Positions 1 through 12,307 of a DNA stretch of 64,000 nt are shown one piece after another (the stretch's first letter is position 1; every line of letters starts with the position of its first letter). The notes under the pieces were generated by a model. That model had not been told where the DNA came from. It did not search any database and was given only the letters and a program-made list of their open reading frames with translations. Origin of the DNA: Chlamydiales bacterium (GTDB taxonomy: Bacteria; Chlamydiota; Chlamydiia; Chlamydiales; JAAZZY01); contig CBDBKM010000011.1 in the NCBI GenBank assembly GCA_965206695.1, positions 352,001-416,000 of the forward strand, given 5' to 3'. A program made the translations under genes and the position numbers.

Positions 1-313
1 TTCGTGTAATTTTTAATCTTTTAAGGGCATAAAAAATCGTTTGCGGAGTGACTGAAAAATAATCAGCAATTTCCGATAAAAAATAATCCGGATGTTTTTC
101 TACATATTTAGATAACAACTCATCATCTAATTTCTTATAAGCATATTTTCTGCGGATTGGCTTTAAATGTCCTTTTTGCTTTTTTTGCAAGATCCATCGA
201 TATATTGTTGCAATACCTACTTGAAAAATATGGCCGGCTGTTTTTTTATCATGATGTTTTTCTATATGTTGTAATACTTTCTCTCGAAGATCTACTGAAT
301 AGGCTCTAGGCAT
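1..313 (-). CDS. IS630 transposase OrfA (HTH), partial
   Basis: ATG at 313; MPRAYSVDLREKVL, as in the ORF at 57252. Confidence 0.85.
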   Translation of the reverse strand, partial: MPRAYSVDLREKVLQHIEKHHDKKTAGHIFQVGIATIYRWILQKKQKGHLKPIRRKYAYKKLDDELLSKYVEKHPDYFLSEIADYFSVTPQTIFYALKRLKITR

Positions 314-381
314 TGTTTTGTCCTTACTGTTTGTATAAAAAAAGAAGGATAACATATTATCAAATAAAAATTAAAATACTA
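1..381 (-). mobile_element. IS630-family element, left part, truncated by window start; near-identical to the copy at 57184-58118
   Basis: Reverse complement matches 57184-57563; terminal TAGTATTTTAATTTT flanked by TA at 382-383. Confidence 0.9.
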
Positions 382-621
382 TAGTAAGGAAGAAGCTACC
401 GCACGTTTATAGTTATTTAATTTTTATTTGATAATATATCAGGGCAAATTTCTGATATCGCAAAGCTAGAATATCTCTAGCCGCTTGCTTGAATAAAGGT
501 GCTATATCATTCCTTTGTGCATTTATGTAACGGCATTTTTCCCCAACAAAAGAGAAAAATAATATACATATAATTTTTGAAGAGTTGCAAATATATTTTA
601 AATTATTCTATAATACCGGGC

Positions 622-1304
622 ATGAAACATTTTTTAGATCAAACAGAGCGACAAAGGCTTGTAGAACAACATAAATACGAAAAAGATGGCCGTATTCGTG
701 ATCGTATTAAAGCGGTATTGCTGTATGATAAAGGTTGGAGCTATCAAAAAATAGCAGAAGCATTATTCATTAGCCATGAAGCCGTACGTCAACATACTTT
801 AGATTATAAAGTCGATAGAAAGCTGAGTCCTAAAAATGGAGGATCATCCGGCAAACTTAATCCGGCTTGTCGTGATAGGTTGATGAATCATCTAAAAAAA
901 AATATCTATCCTTCTGCAAAGGAGATAGTCGCTCTCGTAGAACAACTTTTTGAGATAAAATACACTCCTTCAGGGATGACTCTGTGGTTGAAAAACAATG
1001 GTTTCTCTTATAAAAAACTAACACTTGTTCCCGGGAAGGCTGATCCTCGTTATCAAAAAAAACGGTTGTTGAACGACCGTAAATTGAAGGCACAACTATC
1101 TCATACCGAGGCTATTGGCTTTGTGGATGGAGTACATCCTAACCATAATATTAAGCCTTCTCATGGTTGGATAGCAACAGGTGCGTGTCAATCCCTTAAA
1201 ACAAACCGCGCTCGTAAAAGACTGCATCTTTCAGAAGCTGTTGATATCGAATCTAAGCAAGTCGTATCTCAAGAGAATTAAACACTCTATGCAACTTTAA
1301 CTAT
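622..1304 (+). pseudogene. IS630-family transposase, N-terminal part with premature stop at 1279-1281, interrupted by IS30
   Basis: RIRDRIKAVLL HTH, GFSYKK and FVDGVHP motifs homologous to the 340-aa IS630 transposases. Confidence 0.85.
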
Positions 1305-2421
1305 CGCCCTTTCAACATTGAAGTGCAACAAATAGGAAGAATTTGAAAATGGCCAAATGCCGGCAAAATCTCTATAGTAAATTTTTGCAAAAAAAAACTA
1401 TGGAGGGATTTTTTATGCCTAAAGGCTACCGGCATTTAACCTACGAACAAAGGTGCCAAATATGTACTTTAAAAAAAAGAGGAGATTCTGTTGATTCTAT
1501 TTCGCAGGAATTAAATGTTAATAAAACTACTGTTTATCGAGAGTTAAAAAGAAATAGCTATGAAGGCAGATATATCTATTTTGCAGCACAAATCAAAACT
1601 AAAAGAAGGCGTTCAAAAGCGAGCAGTAAAACAAAGAAAATGACCCCTGAACTACTTATGAAGATAGAAAGTAAATTATTGCTTCAATGGAGTCCTGTTC
1701 AAATATCCGGTCGATTGAAAGAAGAAGAAGGCCTGCTTATCAGCCACGAAAGTATTTATCGTCATATTTGGAAAGATAAACGAAATTGGGGCAATTTATA
1801 TAAAAATTTAAGACACAAAGGTAAGAAGTATAAAAAGCGAGGTTCAGATAAAGCAGGCCGAGGCTGTATTCCCAATAGAGTCGATATTGATAAAAGACCT
1901 TGTATTGTCGATGAAAAAACAAGAATAGGAGATTTTGAATTAGATACGATAATAGGCAAAAATCATCAAGGAGTGATTGTTTCTATTGTTGAGCGTGCTT
2001 CTAAATATACGATGCTTATGAAGGTAAAGTCTAAACAAGCCCTCGGTGTTGCCGATGCTTTAATTACCTGTTTAAAGCCTGTTAAGGATAGAGTTCACAC
2101 ATTAACAGCAGATAATGGTTTAGAGTTTTCTCGGCATCAAGAAGTAAGTTCAACACTCAAAGCAGAGTTTTATTTTGCTAAACCCTATCATTCCCGGGAA
2201 AGAGGGTTGAATGAACATACGAATGGGTTAGTTAGACAGTATTTGCCTAAGAAAACAAACTTTAATAATGTGACACAAGAGGATGTAAAAGAGATAGAAA
2301 AACTGCTTAATGAAAGACCCGGAAAAAGTTTGAATTTTAAAACACCTATAGAGGTTTTCAATCCGAAGAATTTGTGCTATAATAGAGTACAAGTTTGTTG
2401 CACTTCATAGTTGAAAAGACA
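1305..2421 (+). mobile_element. IS30-family element
   Basis: Imperfect inverted repeats CGCCCTTTCAACATTGAAGTGCAACAAA / TTTGTTGCACTTCATAGTTGAAAAGACA around the transposase. Confidence 0.9.
1415..2410 (+). CDS. IS30-family transposase
   Basis: HLTYEQR HTH, GDFELDTIIG, TADNGLEF, ERGLNEHTNGLVRQYLPK; GGAGG RBS before ATG 1415. Confidence 0.92.
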   Translation: MPKGYRHLTYEQRCQICTLKKRGDSVDSISQELNVNKTTVYRELKRNSYEGRYIYFAAQIKTKRRRSKASSKTKKMTPELLMKIESKLLLQWSPVQISGRLKEEEGLLISHESIYRHIWKDKRNWGNLYKNLRHKGKKYKKRGSDKAGRGCIPNRVDIDKRPCIVDEKTRIGDFELDTIIGKNHQGVIVSIVERASKYTMLMKVKSKQALGVADALITCLKPVKDRVHTLTADNGLEFSRHQEVSSTLKAEFYFAKPYHSRERGLNEHTNGLVRQYLPKKTNFNNVTQEDVKEIEKLLNERPGKSLNFKTPIEVFNPKNLCYNRVQVCCTS

Positions 2422-2540
2422 TATTTATTTTTTAAGAAAACCGGAAGAAGCTTACTCTCAAAAAAATAAAATATATCTCTTCTTATCTCCTTACAGCCCT
2501 CACCTGCCCTCTATTAAACGCTTATGGAAACTAAGTTTAT
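2422..2540 (+). pseudogene. IS630 transposase C-terminal remnant
   Basis: LSPYSPHLPSIKRLWK is a degenerate LPxYSPxLNPIERLWK. Confidence 0.7.
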
Positions 2541-2633
2541 TGTACGAGCCCGACTTTTATAAGCAAGCTACCACTAAATGCGCCTGTCATTTAGCAGCTA
2601 CCTGTAAAGATATTATCTTACGTTTTTAATCGC

Positions 2634-3056
2634 TTATTTTAACTTCTCTATATGCTGATGTATCTTTTCAGTTACGGTATTATCTCCATTGGAAAAAGCA
2701 AGATAGCTAGGAGACCATAATTGCCCCTTTTTAGTTTTATCCAAAATAGACGGAAATTGCTTTTTCAATAATCTTGCAGAAACACCTTTCATACTATTTA
2801 CAATACGCGATAAAGCAACCCTAGGAGGATAGTCAATAATCAAAAGAATATGATCATGCTTTATTGTTAAATCAAGAAGTTTAGAATCAAAATCAATGCA
2901 CACGTTTTGAAAGATATTTTCTAATGCAATAGCCAATTCTTTTGTAAAAAAATCACCCCTATATCTAGTAAAGAATACTAGATGTGCTTGAATTTGAAAG
3001 GTGCAATTTCTACCGGTTCTAAAGAAGGTATTCATAATAGTTATAAGATACAACAA
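2634..3056 (-). CDS. tnpA: IS200/IS605 TnpA (Y1)-like protein with altered catalytic residues
   Basis: HLVFFTRYR, IVNSMKGVSARLL and LWSPSY motifs; HUH reads HIL and the catalytic Tyr position reads His. Confidence 0.85.
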   Translation of the reverse strand: MLYLITIMNTFFRTGRNCTFQIQAHLVFFTRYRGDFFTKELAIALENIFQNVCIDFDSKLLDLTIKHDHILLIIDYPPRVALSRIVNSMKGVSARLLKKQFPSILDKTKKGQLWSPSYLAFSNGDNTVTEKIHQHIEKLK

Positions 3057-3202
3057 TTATACGTTTACCGCAAAGCACTTATTATAAGATGGTTAATAAT
3101 TATAATTTTAATTATACCCCTACTGCTAAGATCAAAAATTATTAAATTAAGTCCTTTAAAATAAAAGGAGATAATTATGATAATGGGAACCGTTTCAACA
3201 TT

Positions 3203-3720
3203 AGACTTCTTTCGAAATGCATCATATGAGTTCCAAGTTATAGATTCCTGCAATAAGATTGAACCGCAATGCAAACCTTTTTCGTTTATTTCGATAACGA
3301 CCGGAAATGATTTTAAAGCGTTTGATCACTCCTATCACATTTTCATTCAGAACAGGTTCCCTTGATAATTGTCTATTATTTTTCTTATCTTCTTTAGTTA
3401 GAGTCTTTTTTTTACTTTTTTTTTTGCCTTTCAACTGCTGTTGCTGTGGTATCTATTAGGATGAGCTCATATGCCGAATTGTTTTTTAAAAGTACTTTAC
3501 GACCGGGTTAAAGCAAAATCAGGGTGCTTAATTAAGTGTATCTTCAACCCACTTTATACTTTTATAAGCGCTGCTTTCACTTATACTATAACTTTGGCTG
3601 ACATGAAAATAGATTCTATATTCTCTCATAGACTCTCAAGCCATTAATAATGTATCTTCTAAACTTAATTGATTTTTTTTCCGCTAAAAGTTTTTCTGTT
3701 TTTAATCGATCTGTTTAATA
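3203..3720 (-). pseudogene. IS5-family (ISL2-like) transposase remnant
   Basis: ENVIGVIKRFKIISGRYRNKRKRFALRFNLIAGIYNLEL at 3222-3434; fragmented upstream; IR-like AGACTTCTTTCGAAA at 3203. Confidence 0.7.
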
Positions 3721-3750
3721 TAAATATCATTTAATCTTCACAGTTTGCAA

Positions 3751-3931
3751 TTGCTCAACTTAAAGGGTACAATCAAGCATTCTCGAGTGCCTACATTATG
3801 GACAAGATCGTATTATGGAGAGTGTGGAAAAATTTAATGAAGATACAATTAGGAAGCATATCCAAAGTCAAAAAAACAAATAGACGCTTTCATCCCAATG
3901 CTAAAGAAAAGGGTTTTCTCGCTTAATTGTC
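3751..3931 (+). mobile_element. Degraded IS605 remnant (tnpA 3' end plus left-end hairpin)
   Basis: Homologous to 23220-23432, including CAAAAAAACAAATAGAC and GGGTTTTCTCG.TTAATTGTC. Confidence 0.8.
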
Positions 3932-3969
3932 CTAAATTTAAATAGAATAAGAAGATTTTAATGAAAGAA

Positions 3970-4051
3970 TGCCCAGGATAGGACTCGAACCTACACACCT
4001 TACGGCACCAGATCCTAAGTCTGGCGTGTCTACCAATTTCACCACCTGGGC
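3970..4051 (-). tRNA. tRNA-Leu(UAG), CCA not encoded
   Basis: GCCCAGG/CCTGGGC acceptor stem, anticodon arm CCAGA-CTTAGGA-TCTGG, long variable arm, GGTTCGAGTCC. Confidence 0.97.
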
Positions 4052-4061
4052 ATACTAAAAT

Positions 4062-4574
4062 CTAGTGATGATGCGGAGGAGTTGGATGTTGATGGGTATG
4101 GATATGATGGTTATCCGTATGGTCAACTGAGTCTCTTCCAAAATATATCTGTTTAAAGTGAGTTAACTCATCTTTAAGATCATTTACAATTCGCATATCA
4201 ACTGTTTGTTTAGCCTTCATACTAAGGACTAAAATTTTATGAACACTAATTAGTTTGTCAGATAAGTCGGGATCGTTTTCTTTTATTCGTTGCTGAAGAA
4301 AATATTCACTCATCTTAGTAGCTATCTGATTAGCATAATCATCTTTGTTCAGAACCCATCGCACTAATTGATTTTTCATTTCAGGAGAATTCATCTTATT
4401 ATGAGAAATTTCATCTACTGCTTTGGCTATCGTTTGAACATCTTCTTGAAGTTGGCCAAAAACCAATTTATCATGATAAATACCACAAGGTAATTGACAA
4501 TGAGCAAATAGTCGTGTTGTCGCAATCAGTAACACAGATACAGTAATCGCAAGTACTCTCTTCATAGTAATCAC
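4062..4574 (-). CDS. sodN: Nickel superoxide dismutase precursor with signal peptide and His-rich tail
   Basis: Ni-hook HCQLPCGIYHD directly after hydrophobic leader ending LFA; NQLVRWVLNK motif. Confidence 0.88.
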   Translation of the reverse strand: MITMKRVLAITVSVLLIATTRLFAHCQLPCGIYHDKLVFGQLQEDVQTIAKAVDEISHNKMNSPEMKNQLVRWVLNKDDYANQIATKMSEYFLQQRIKENDPDLSDKLISVHKILVLSMKAKQTVDMRIVNDLKDELTHFKQIYFGRDSVDHTDNHHIHTHQHPTPPHHH

Positions 4575-4657
4575 TTAATTCTTCAAAATATGGAATGCAT
4601 TATTACTGAAATAGTTAATAAAGCTCAAGCCTAAAAGATCGCTTAAAAAGCAAAAAT

Positions 4658-5359
4658 TCAAATTTTGGCTTGCAAATAGACATTTGTCTTTCCCCAGGGA
4701 AAACGTGTCTCAAAAACTTTAATTATTTTAAAATTAATATCTCGTGAATAATCTGATAAAGGATAACTAACACTAATGACTTTAGATTGTTTTGGTAACA
4801 CGTTTAATTTTGATATAAATTTCTTGATCTTACTTTCTTCAACAGAAGTCCCATAAAAATAGATAACGCTAGCTTTTGAATAATCTGATAGAGTCAGATC
4901 TTCTTGAAGAAAATCCATGCCGGTAATACCCAGCTTCTTTTTTATCTTATTCGCTTCACTGACAAATAGAGGAATTTGTTCATTGGCTAATACCTGACAA
5001 CCTACCAAATAATGAAACCAAAAAGAAGCTCTACCTCTTCCACAACCAACCTCGTAAAAAATATCCTCAGATGAGATATTACATTCTCTTATAATCGTTA
5101 GAATAGATGAGGCCCGGGTCTCACCATAACAATGAATATCTTTCTCTTCTCTTATCTGTAGATAATATTTACTGACCTTATAAGGATTTTTAAAAAGAAA
5201 ATGCCAAACAAAAAGAACATCTAAGCGAAAAAGTTGAGGTTTTTTAAAATACATGGGGATCAGAATACAGCACTCTAACAGCTTTTTCCATGCCATAACA
5301 AAACGGATTACAATCAAAATGATTGCTTCTTTTATGCGAGAACAAATACGCAACAACAT
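4658..5359 (-). CDS. Class I SAM-dependent methyltransferase, DOT1-like; start uncertain
   Basis: YGET...FYEVGCGRGR motif I, VIYFYGT. Confidence 0.75.
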   Translation of the reverse strand: MLLRICSRIKEAIILIVIRFVMAWKKLLECCILIPMYFKKPQLFRLDVLFVWHFLFKNPYKVSKYYLQIREEKDIHCYGETRASSILTIIRECNISSEDIFYEVGCGRGRASFWFHYLVGCQVLANEQIPLFVSEANKIKKKLGITGMDFLQEDLTLSDYSKASVIYFYGTSVEESKIKKFISKLNVLPKQSKVISVSYPLSDYSRDINFKIIKVFETRFPWGKTNVYLQAKI

Positions 5360-5360
5360 G

Positions 5361-6377
5361 TTACCAATTAATCGTCTGCCCCGGTTCTAATACACGGAAG
5401 GTTTGATGGTGCAATTTTCTTTTTTCTAAAGTGCAAAAAAGATCATAAGGCGGTTGCTCTAAAGGTTCGGAAGAGAGTCTAAATGTCTTCCAATGAGAGC
5501 CAATACTTAATTTTGATCCGACTGCCATGTGTATGTTAACCGCTTCTTCAGGGCAGATATGCACAGGCTTCATAAACTCATTAGGAGAATACGTGCCTAT
5601 TGGAATCAAACTAAGATGCATCTCCTCAAACCGGTTTCCGATTTCTTTAAAATCCATTTCATTATAACCGGTATCTCCCACAAAATATACCCTTTTTTTG
5701 GAAAAATCGGACTGATTAAATTCTACAACCCAGCCACCCCATAGGGATCTATTTTTATCAAACAGCCCTCTTCCTGAAAAATGCTGAGAAGGAACGTAAT
5801 GGAAAGAAATTGGTAAGACCTCTTCATGATGAGCCTCCCACCAGTCTAACTCGATTATTTTCGTTATTTTTCTTCTTAAAAACCATCCGGAAACTTTTTT
5901 TGGAATCATCCAAGTAATATTTGGAAACCTCTTATGTAAATTTAAAACGGCATCCCTATCGAGATGATCATAATGATTATGGCTAATAACTATATAATGA
6001 ATCTCAGGTAGTCCGCAAATAGAAATACTCGGATCATGTTTTCTTTTAGGGCCAAAAAAGTTTACCGGAGAGCACCGATCTCTCCAAATTGGATCGGTGA
6101 GGATATTAACTCCATTTGACGACACCAAAAAGGTAGAGTGATTGACCCAAGTCACCTGAGGTAAAGAGTGATCAATCTCTATTTTAGGATTAGGGAATGA
6201 AAAATCCTCAGGCATTTCAGCCAACGGTTTTTTATCTTTATAAAATCCTAAGGCCCATAAAAAAGCATGAAACAAAGTTCGCTTTGTATTTTTTATATGC
6301 GGATTTGAAAAAAATCCCCATTTTCCATGATGCTTTTCTTTTTTCTTCTTCATAAAACGAAAAGCACTGAACTTCAT
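5361..6377 (-). CDS. MBL-fold metallo-hydrolase (NAPE-PLD/RomA-like)
   Basis: TWVNHST, ILTDPIW, SHNHYDHLD, QHFSGRG, GDTGY, HWKTF. Confidence 0.9.
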   Translation of the reverse strand: MKFSAFRFMKKKKEKHHGKWGFFSNPHIKNTKRTLFHAFLWALGFYKDKKPLAEMPEDFSFPNPKIEIDHSLPQVTWVNHSTFLVSSNGVNILTDPIWRDRCSPVNFFGPKRKHDPSISICGLPEIHYIVISHNHYDHLDRDAVLNLHKRFPNITWMIPKKVSGWFLRRKITKIIELDWWEAHHEEVLPISFHYVPSQHFSGRGLFDKNRSLWGGWVVEFNQSDFSKKRVYFVGDTGYNEMDFKEIGNRFEEMHLSLIPIGTYSPNEFMKPVHICPEEAVNIHMAVGSKLSIGSHWKTFRLSSEPLEQPPYDLFCTLEKRKLHHQTFRVLEPGQTINW

Positions 6378-6520
6378 ATCCTTAACATCCTTGGTACGGG
6401 GTATCCTGCCACCTGCAGTTGAATATTAATGTTTTTTGGATTTATTGTCTCGAGATTAAATTACTCCTTTAGAATAAGGAATATAAAGAAAGAAACGGGT
6501 AATTACTTACAAAATTGAAA

Positions 6521-8527
<2,007 letters not shown>

Positions 8528-9658
8528 TTACTTTTCAAAATTATCTAAAAAAATACGATTATTTTTTTCTATAATAATAGGAGGGTGACAATCTACTATC
8601 TCCCCTTTCTCTTTTGCAGACCTTCTAAGTCGAAAACGTTTTATACTTTTACAAAAGACAACATTTAATTCCCTTGAATGGTGTGGTTTTAAGATCAGAC
8701 GCCTAATGGTTTTTTTTGACCACTCCATATCTATTAAACCTACCAAACCAGAATGAATCCCCAAAAGACGACCACAGTGAAAATAAGAAGGTAGGCACGG
8801 AAGAACAAGTAGTTTATCTTCTGCCTCAGAAAAGAATAAAGATCTAATATGATGAAAAATTAGTGGCAATAAGGATAATGCTGATGCTTTTTGATTTAAA
8901 ATTGATTTGATTGTTATCCCATGGTAGTTGCTATCTTCTAATTGAGGACTAAGGATTCCATTAAAGTTGCAAAAGATAACATTCTTTAAGTGAAGGATGA
9001 TCTCTTCTTTTTTCCTGTATTCGATAGCATCTTGTAAAAGGTTTAGTATCTGACATACCTCTTCCTCAGCAACATTTTCTATCGGCAAGTGCTTTGCTGT
9101 CTGCCCGATAAAAAAAAGAAAGGGTAATATCTCACGCATATCTAAACGCTTTAAAACTTGATCCCAGTCTTGTTTTCTATGAGAACCTAATGAAAGCCTT
9201 TCTCTATGTGGTATTTCCGGTAACTTAAGCTCCGGTTCTTTTTCAGTATCGCATTGTAATAGTTGATGAGGCAATAAAATTTTTTCTTGTAGAATATTCT
9301 TTTTTAAATCCTTAATCGTATAGCCAACACTATCTTTTGGCATCCTATTTGTTTTTAATGCAGGGTTTCCGGATGAAGAATGACTATAGATGAAATAATC
9401 AAAAAAACCTTTTTGAGATTTACCGGCAACTTGAACCCGCATTCTTTCTAAATCAAGGCTAATGGTAAAATTCTCAATAGGCCCTTCAAAATTTATAATT
9501 ATTTCAAATAAAGGGTCCGGATATAATAAACTCAGATCAGTAATTAATATCTTCGTTGGAAAAATGATCGTTTGCAAAACGGTTCCGGGAATGAGTAAGG
9601 AGGTTCCGGGAAGGTGTGAAAAAGGTTTTAATCGTTCTTTAATTTGTATGCATCGCAT
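8528..9658 (-). CDS. Hypothetical protein with GH65/GH95-like C-terminal segment
   Basis: LLVLPCLP...GRLLGI...IDMEW; 376-aa ORF tightly packed between mtaB and ligA. Confidence 0.6.
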   Translation of the reverse strand: MRCIQIKERLKPFSHLPGTSLLIPGTVLQTIIFPTKILITDLSLLYPDPLFEIIINFEGPIENFTISLDLERMRVQVAGKSQKGFFDYFIYSHSSSGNPALKTNRMPKDSVGYTIKDLKKNILQEKILLPHQLLQCDTEKEPELKLPEIPHRERLSLGSHRKQDWDQVLKRLDMREILPFLFFIGQTAKHLPIENVAEEEVCQILNLLQDAIEYRKKEEIILHLKNVIFCNFNGILSPQLEDSNYHGITIKSILNQKASALSLLPLIFHHIRSLFFSEAEDKLLVLPCLPSYFHCGRLLGIHSGLVGLIDMEWSKKTIRRLILKPHHSRELNVVFCKSIKRFRLRRSAKEKGEIVDCHPPIIIEKNNRIFLDNFEK

Positions 9659-10921
9659 CTATTGTATCACCTGCCCGATTAGTCCTGATGTGGTATTCTT
9701 TATAATTTTAACATTCACTAAATCATTCGTTTGATAGGTATCCGATTGAGCACTTACACGTAAGAAATTATCGGTATGGCCGACTATTTCTCCGTCAACA
9801 TCAGATTGTTCTACCAATATCTGCATCTGTTGCCCTATAAAGCGCTCTCTTAAATCATAACTATATTGTTCACTTTTTCTGAGAACAAGTTGTTTCCGTC
9901 TCAGCATTTCAGAAGCAACAATATGATTAGTATATGTGGCTGCTTTAGTTCGTCCACGAGGGCTATAAGGAAACATATGAACTTTGGCAAACTGCACTTC
10001 TTCCATGACTTCTAATGTTTGTTCAAAATCCTTTTCAGATTCTCCCGGAAAACCGACAATAACATCAGTTGTAAACGTAAAATCGGTTGATAGTGACCGC
10101 AAAGTATCAATCGTATGATGAAACATCTGCCTAGTATATTTTCTGTTCATACGTTTTAAAACAACGTTCGAACCTGACTGAAGAACAATATGCATAGAAT
10201 GGCACGTCTTTTTTCCGTTTAAAACAGCATCGAGAAGCTTTTCATCTACTTCATCCGGATCAATAGAAGAGATACGAATACGTTCTAATCCGGGTAAAGA
10301 ATCAACTTCTTTGACTAAATCTGCCAACGTATCTTTTTCATCTGCTGAAGACTTGCCTCCATCAAAATCACCAATATTAATACCGGTTAATACCACTTCT
10401 TTATAACCATTAGATATAAGGGTTTGAATCTCTTCTATAATACCGGAAATTGACCTGGATCGTGACCGTCCTCTGACATAAGGAATGATACAATAGGTAC
10501 AAAAAGAATTGCACCCGTCTTGAACTTTGACAAAAGCTCTTTTGTGACAATCAAAACGTTTAATTGAAAACTCAGGAAATTGTTCTTCCGGAAAAAGATT
10601 TTTCAAGAGATCTTCTTTCTTCATATTAGAGACAATATCCGTAATGCCTTTAATTTTATTGAGACCATGAGCATTTTTTTCCACCATACAACCCGTGACG
10701 ACTATACGGGCCGTCGGATGACTTTTTATCAAGCTTCGAATCTGATTACGACTGCTGCTATCGGCTGACCGGGTCACTGTACAAGTATTAACAATACAGA
10801 TATCAGCCTTTTCATTCTTTGAAACCGGTTGAAAACCGGCCCCTTCTAATTGATCTTGGTAAGCTTGTGACTCATACTGGTTTGTTCGGCATCCCAAAGT
10901 TGCCAATTTATATTTTTTCAT
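9659..10921 (-). CDS. mtaB: tRNA t6A37 methylthiotransferase
   Basis: TLGCRTNQYES, VNTCTVT, KVQDGCNSFCTYC, HMFPYSPR, TRAM domain. Confidence 0.95.
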   Translation of the reverse strand: MKKYKLATLGCRTNQYESQAYQDQLEGAGFQPVSKNEKADICIVNTCTVTRSADSSSRNQIRSLIKSHPTARIVVTGCMVEKNAHGLNKIKGITDIVSNMKKEDLLKNLFPEEQFPEFSIKRFDCHKRAFVKVQDGCNSFCTYCIIPYVRGRSRSRSISGIIEEIQTLISNGYKEVVLTGINIGDFDGGKSSADEKDTLADLVKEVDSLPGLERIRISSIDPDEVDEKLLDAVLNGKKTCHSMHIVLQSGSNVVLKRMNRKYTRQMFHHTIDTLRSLSTDFTFTTDVIVGFPGESEKDFEQTLEVMEEVQFAKVHMFPYSPRGRTKAATYTNHIVASEMLRRKQLVLRKSEQYSYDLRERFIGQQMQILVEQSDVDGEIVGHTDNFLRVSAQSDTYQTNDLVNVKIIKNTTSGLIGQVIQ

Positions 10922-11082
10922 CTTATATTAAAAAATAAAGGGTTAGGAAAAAGAAACATCTTAATTAAATTATCAATTATTAGTAATTATTATTTTTAAA
11001 AAATTAAGCATACCACATAGAATCACCTTCTCGCAAGTAATATGGCTCTGCTTTAATCAAGTCAAAAATATTATAAAAATTT

Positions 11083-12009
11083 TCATGAATAGAAGACCTC
11101 TTTAGGTAGCCGGAACTCTACATTTTCTTCTGTATATGTCACTTCTTCTACCTCAGTAACTCCTAAGTCTCGCAATCGTTGAATACATTTCTGAACAATG
11201 TCTTCCGGTGTAGAAGCACCCGCTGTTAATCCAATGTTCTTCTTCCCCTTTAGCCAAGATGAATCGATCTCGGTATCGCTGTTGATTAGGTAGGCAGATA
11301 AATTTCTATTTGAAGCTATCTCTCTTAACCTATTTGAATTGGAGCTAGAAGGATCTCCAATGACTAAGACCGGATCCACATCACCGGTAATTTGCCGTAA
11401 GGCAAGTTGGCGATTAGTTGTAGCATAACAAATAGATGAGCTTGGTAGGGTCTCAATTTGAGGATATTTGTCTTTTAAAGACTCTACTATTAACTTTACA
11501 TCATCCAAACTTAAAGTCGTTTGAGTCAAATAAATCAATTTTTCATTCTCAGAAAAATCAAGTTTTTTAACATCATCTACAGATTCTACAATATAAGTAA
11601 CCTCCGGTACTTCTCCGGCCGTTCCAATCACTTCCACATGATTTTTATGCCCTATCAATAAGACTTTATATCCTTTAGAGGCATATCTTTTAGCAGCCGA
11701 ATGAACCTTAGTAACCAAACCACAAGTAGCATCAATTTCGATCAATTTTCTTTCTTTAGCTTTGTCTCTTACCATAGGAGCAACCCCATGTGCTGAATAA
11801 ATGAGCCTTGCTCCTATTGGAACTACATCCGGATCTTCGATGAAGATCGCTCCTTTTAATTTTAACCCTTCTACAACATGTCGATTATGAACAATCTCGT
11901 GCTTAACATAAACAGGGGGCCCCCATTTTTCTAAAGCAAGCTCAACGGTTCTTATCGCACGCACAACGCCGGCACAAAAACCACGAGGATTGGATAGCAA
12001 CAGTTTCAT
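11083..12009 (-). CDS. ispH: 4-hydroxy-3-methylbut-2-enyl diphosphate reductase
   Basis: PRGFCAGV, IVHN, DATC, ICYATTNRQ, SSNS, TAGASTP. Confidence 0.97.
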   Translation of the reverse strand: MKLLLSNPRGFCAGVVRAIRTVELALEKWGPPVYVKHEIVHNRHVVEGLKLKGAIFIEDPDVVPIGARLIYSAHGVAPMVRDKAKERKLIEIDATCGLVTKVHSAAKRYASKGYKVLLIGHKNHVEVIGTAGEVPEVTYIVESVDDVKKLDFSENEKLIYLTQTTLSLDDVKLIVESLKDKYPQIETLPSSSICYATTNRQLALRQITGDVDPVLVIGDPSSSNSNRLREIASNRNLSAYLINSDTEIDSSWLKGKKNIGLTAGASTPEDIVQKCIQRLRDLGVTEVEEVTYTEENVEFRLPKEVFYS

Positions 12010-12079
12010 TATAATACCTTATTAATAAATAAATAGTTACAAGGTATTATAAAGAAAAGAGTTCATGAAAACAATAATA

Positions 12080-12307
12080 TTAAAAGGTCTCTTTTTCATC
12101 CGGAAGATTACTGCCATAACCCCAAATTTCATTTTCTAACAATGGTTTTACCAATGGAAGAGTCGCAATAGTTGGTTCCTCTACTGAAAAAAAAGTCATT
12201 CTAAGTGAAGCATTATGATCTAATTCAAAAACATGATGATGGGCGTTATCCATACTTTTAAATCCTAAATTCGATAAATCACACACGACGAAATCACTAT
12301 TCATCAC
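12080..12307 (-). CDS. Small hypothetical protein
   Basis: 75-aa ORF with GGAGG RBS, co-directional with neighbours; no motif recognised. Confidence 0.45.
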   Translation of the reverse strand: MMNSDFVVCDLSNLGFKSMDNAHHHVFELDHNASLRMTFFSVEEPTIATLPLVKPLLENEIWGYGSNLPDEKETF

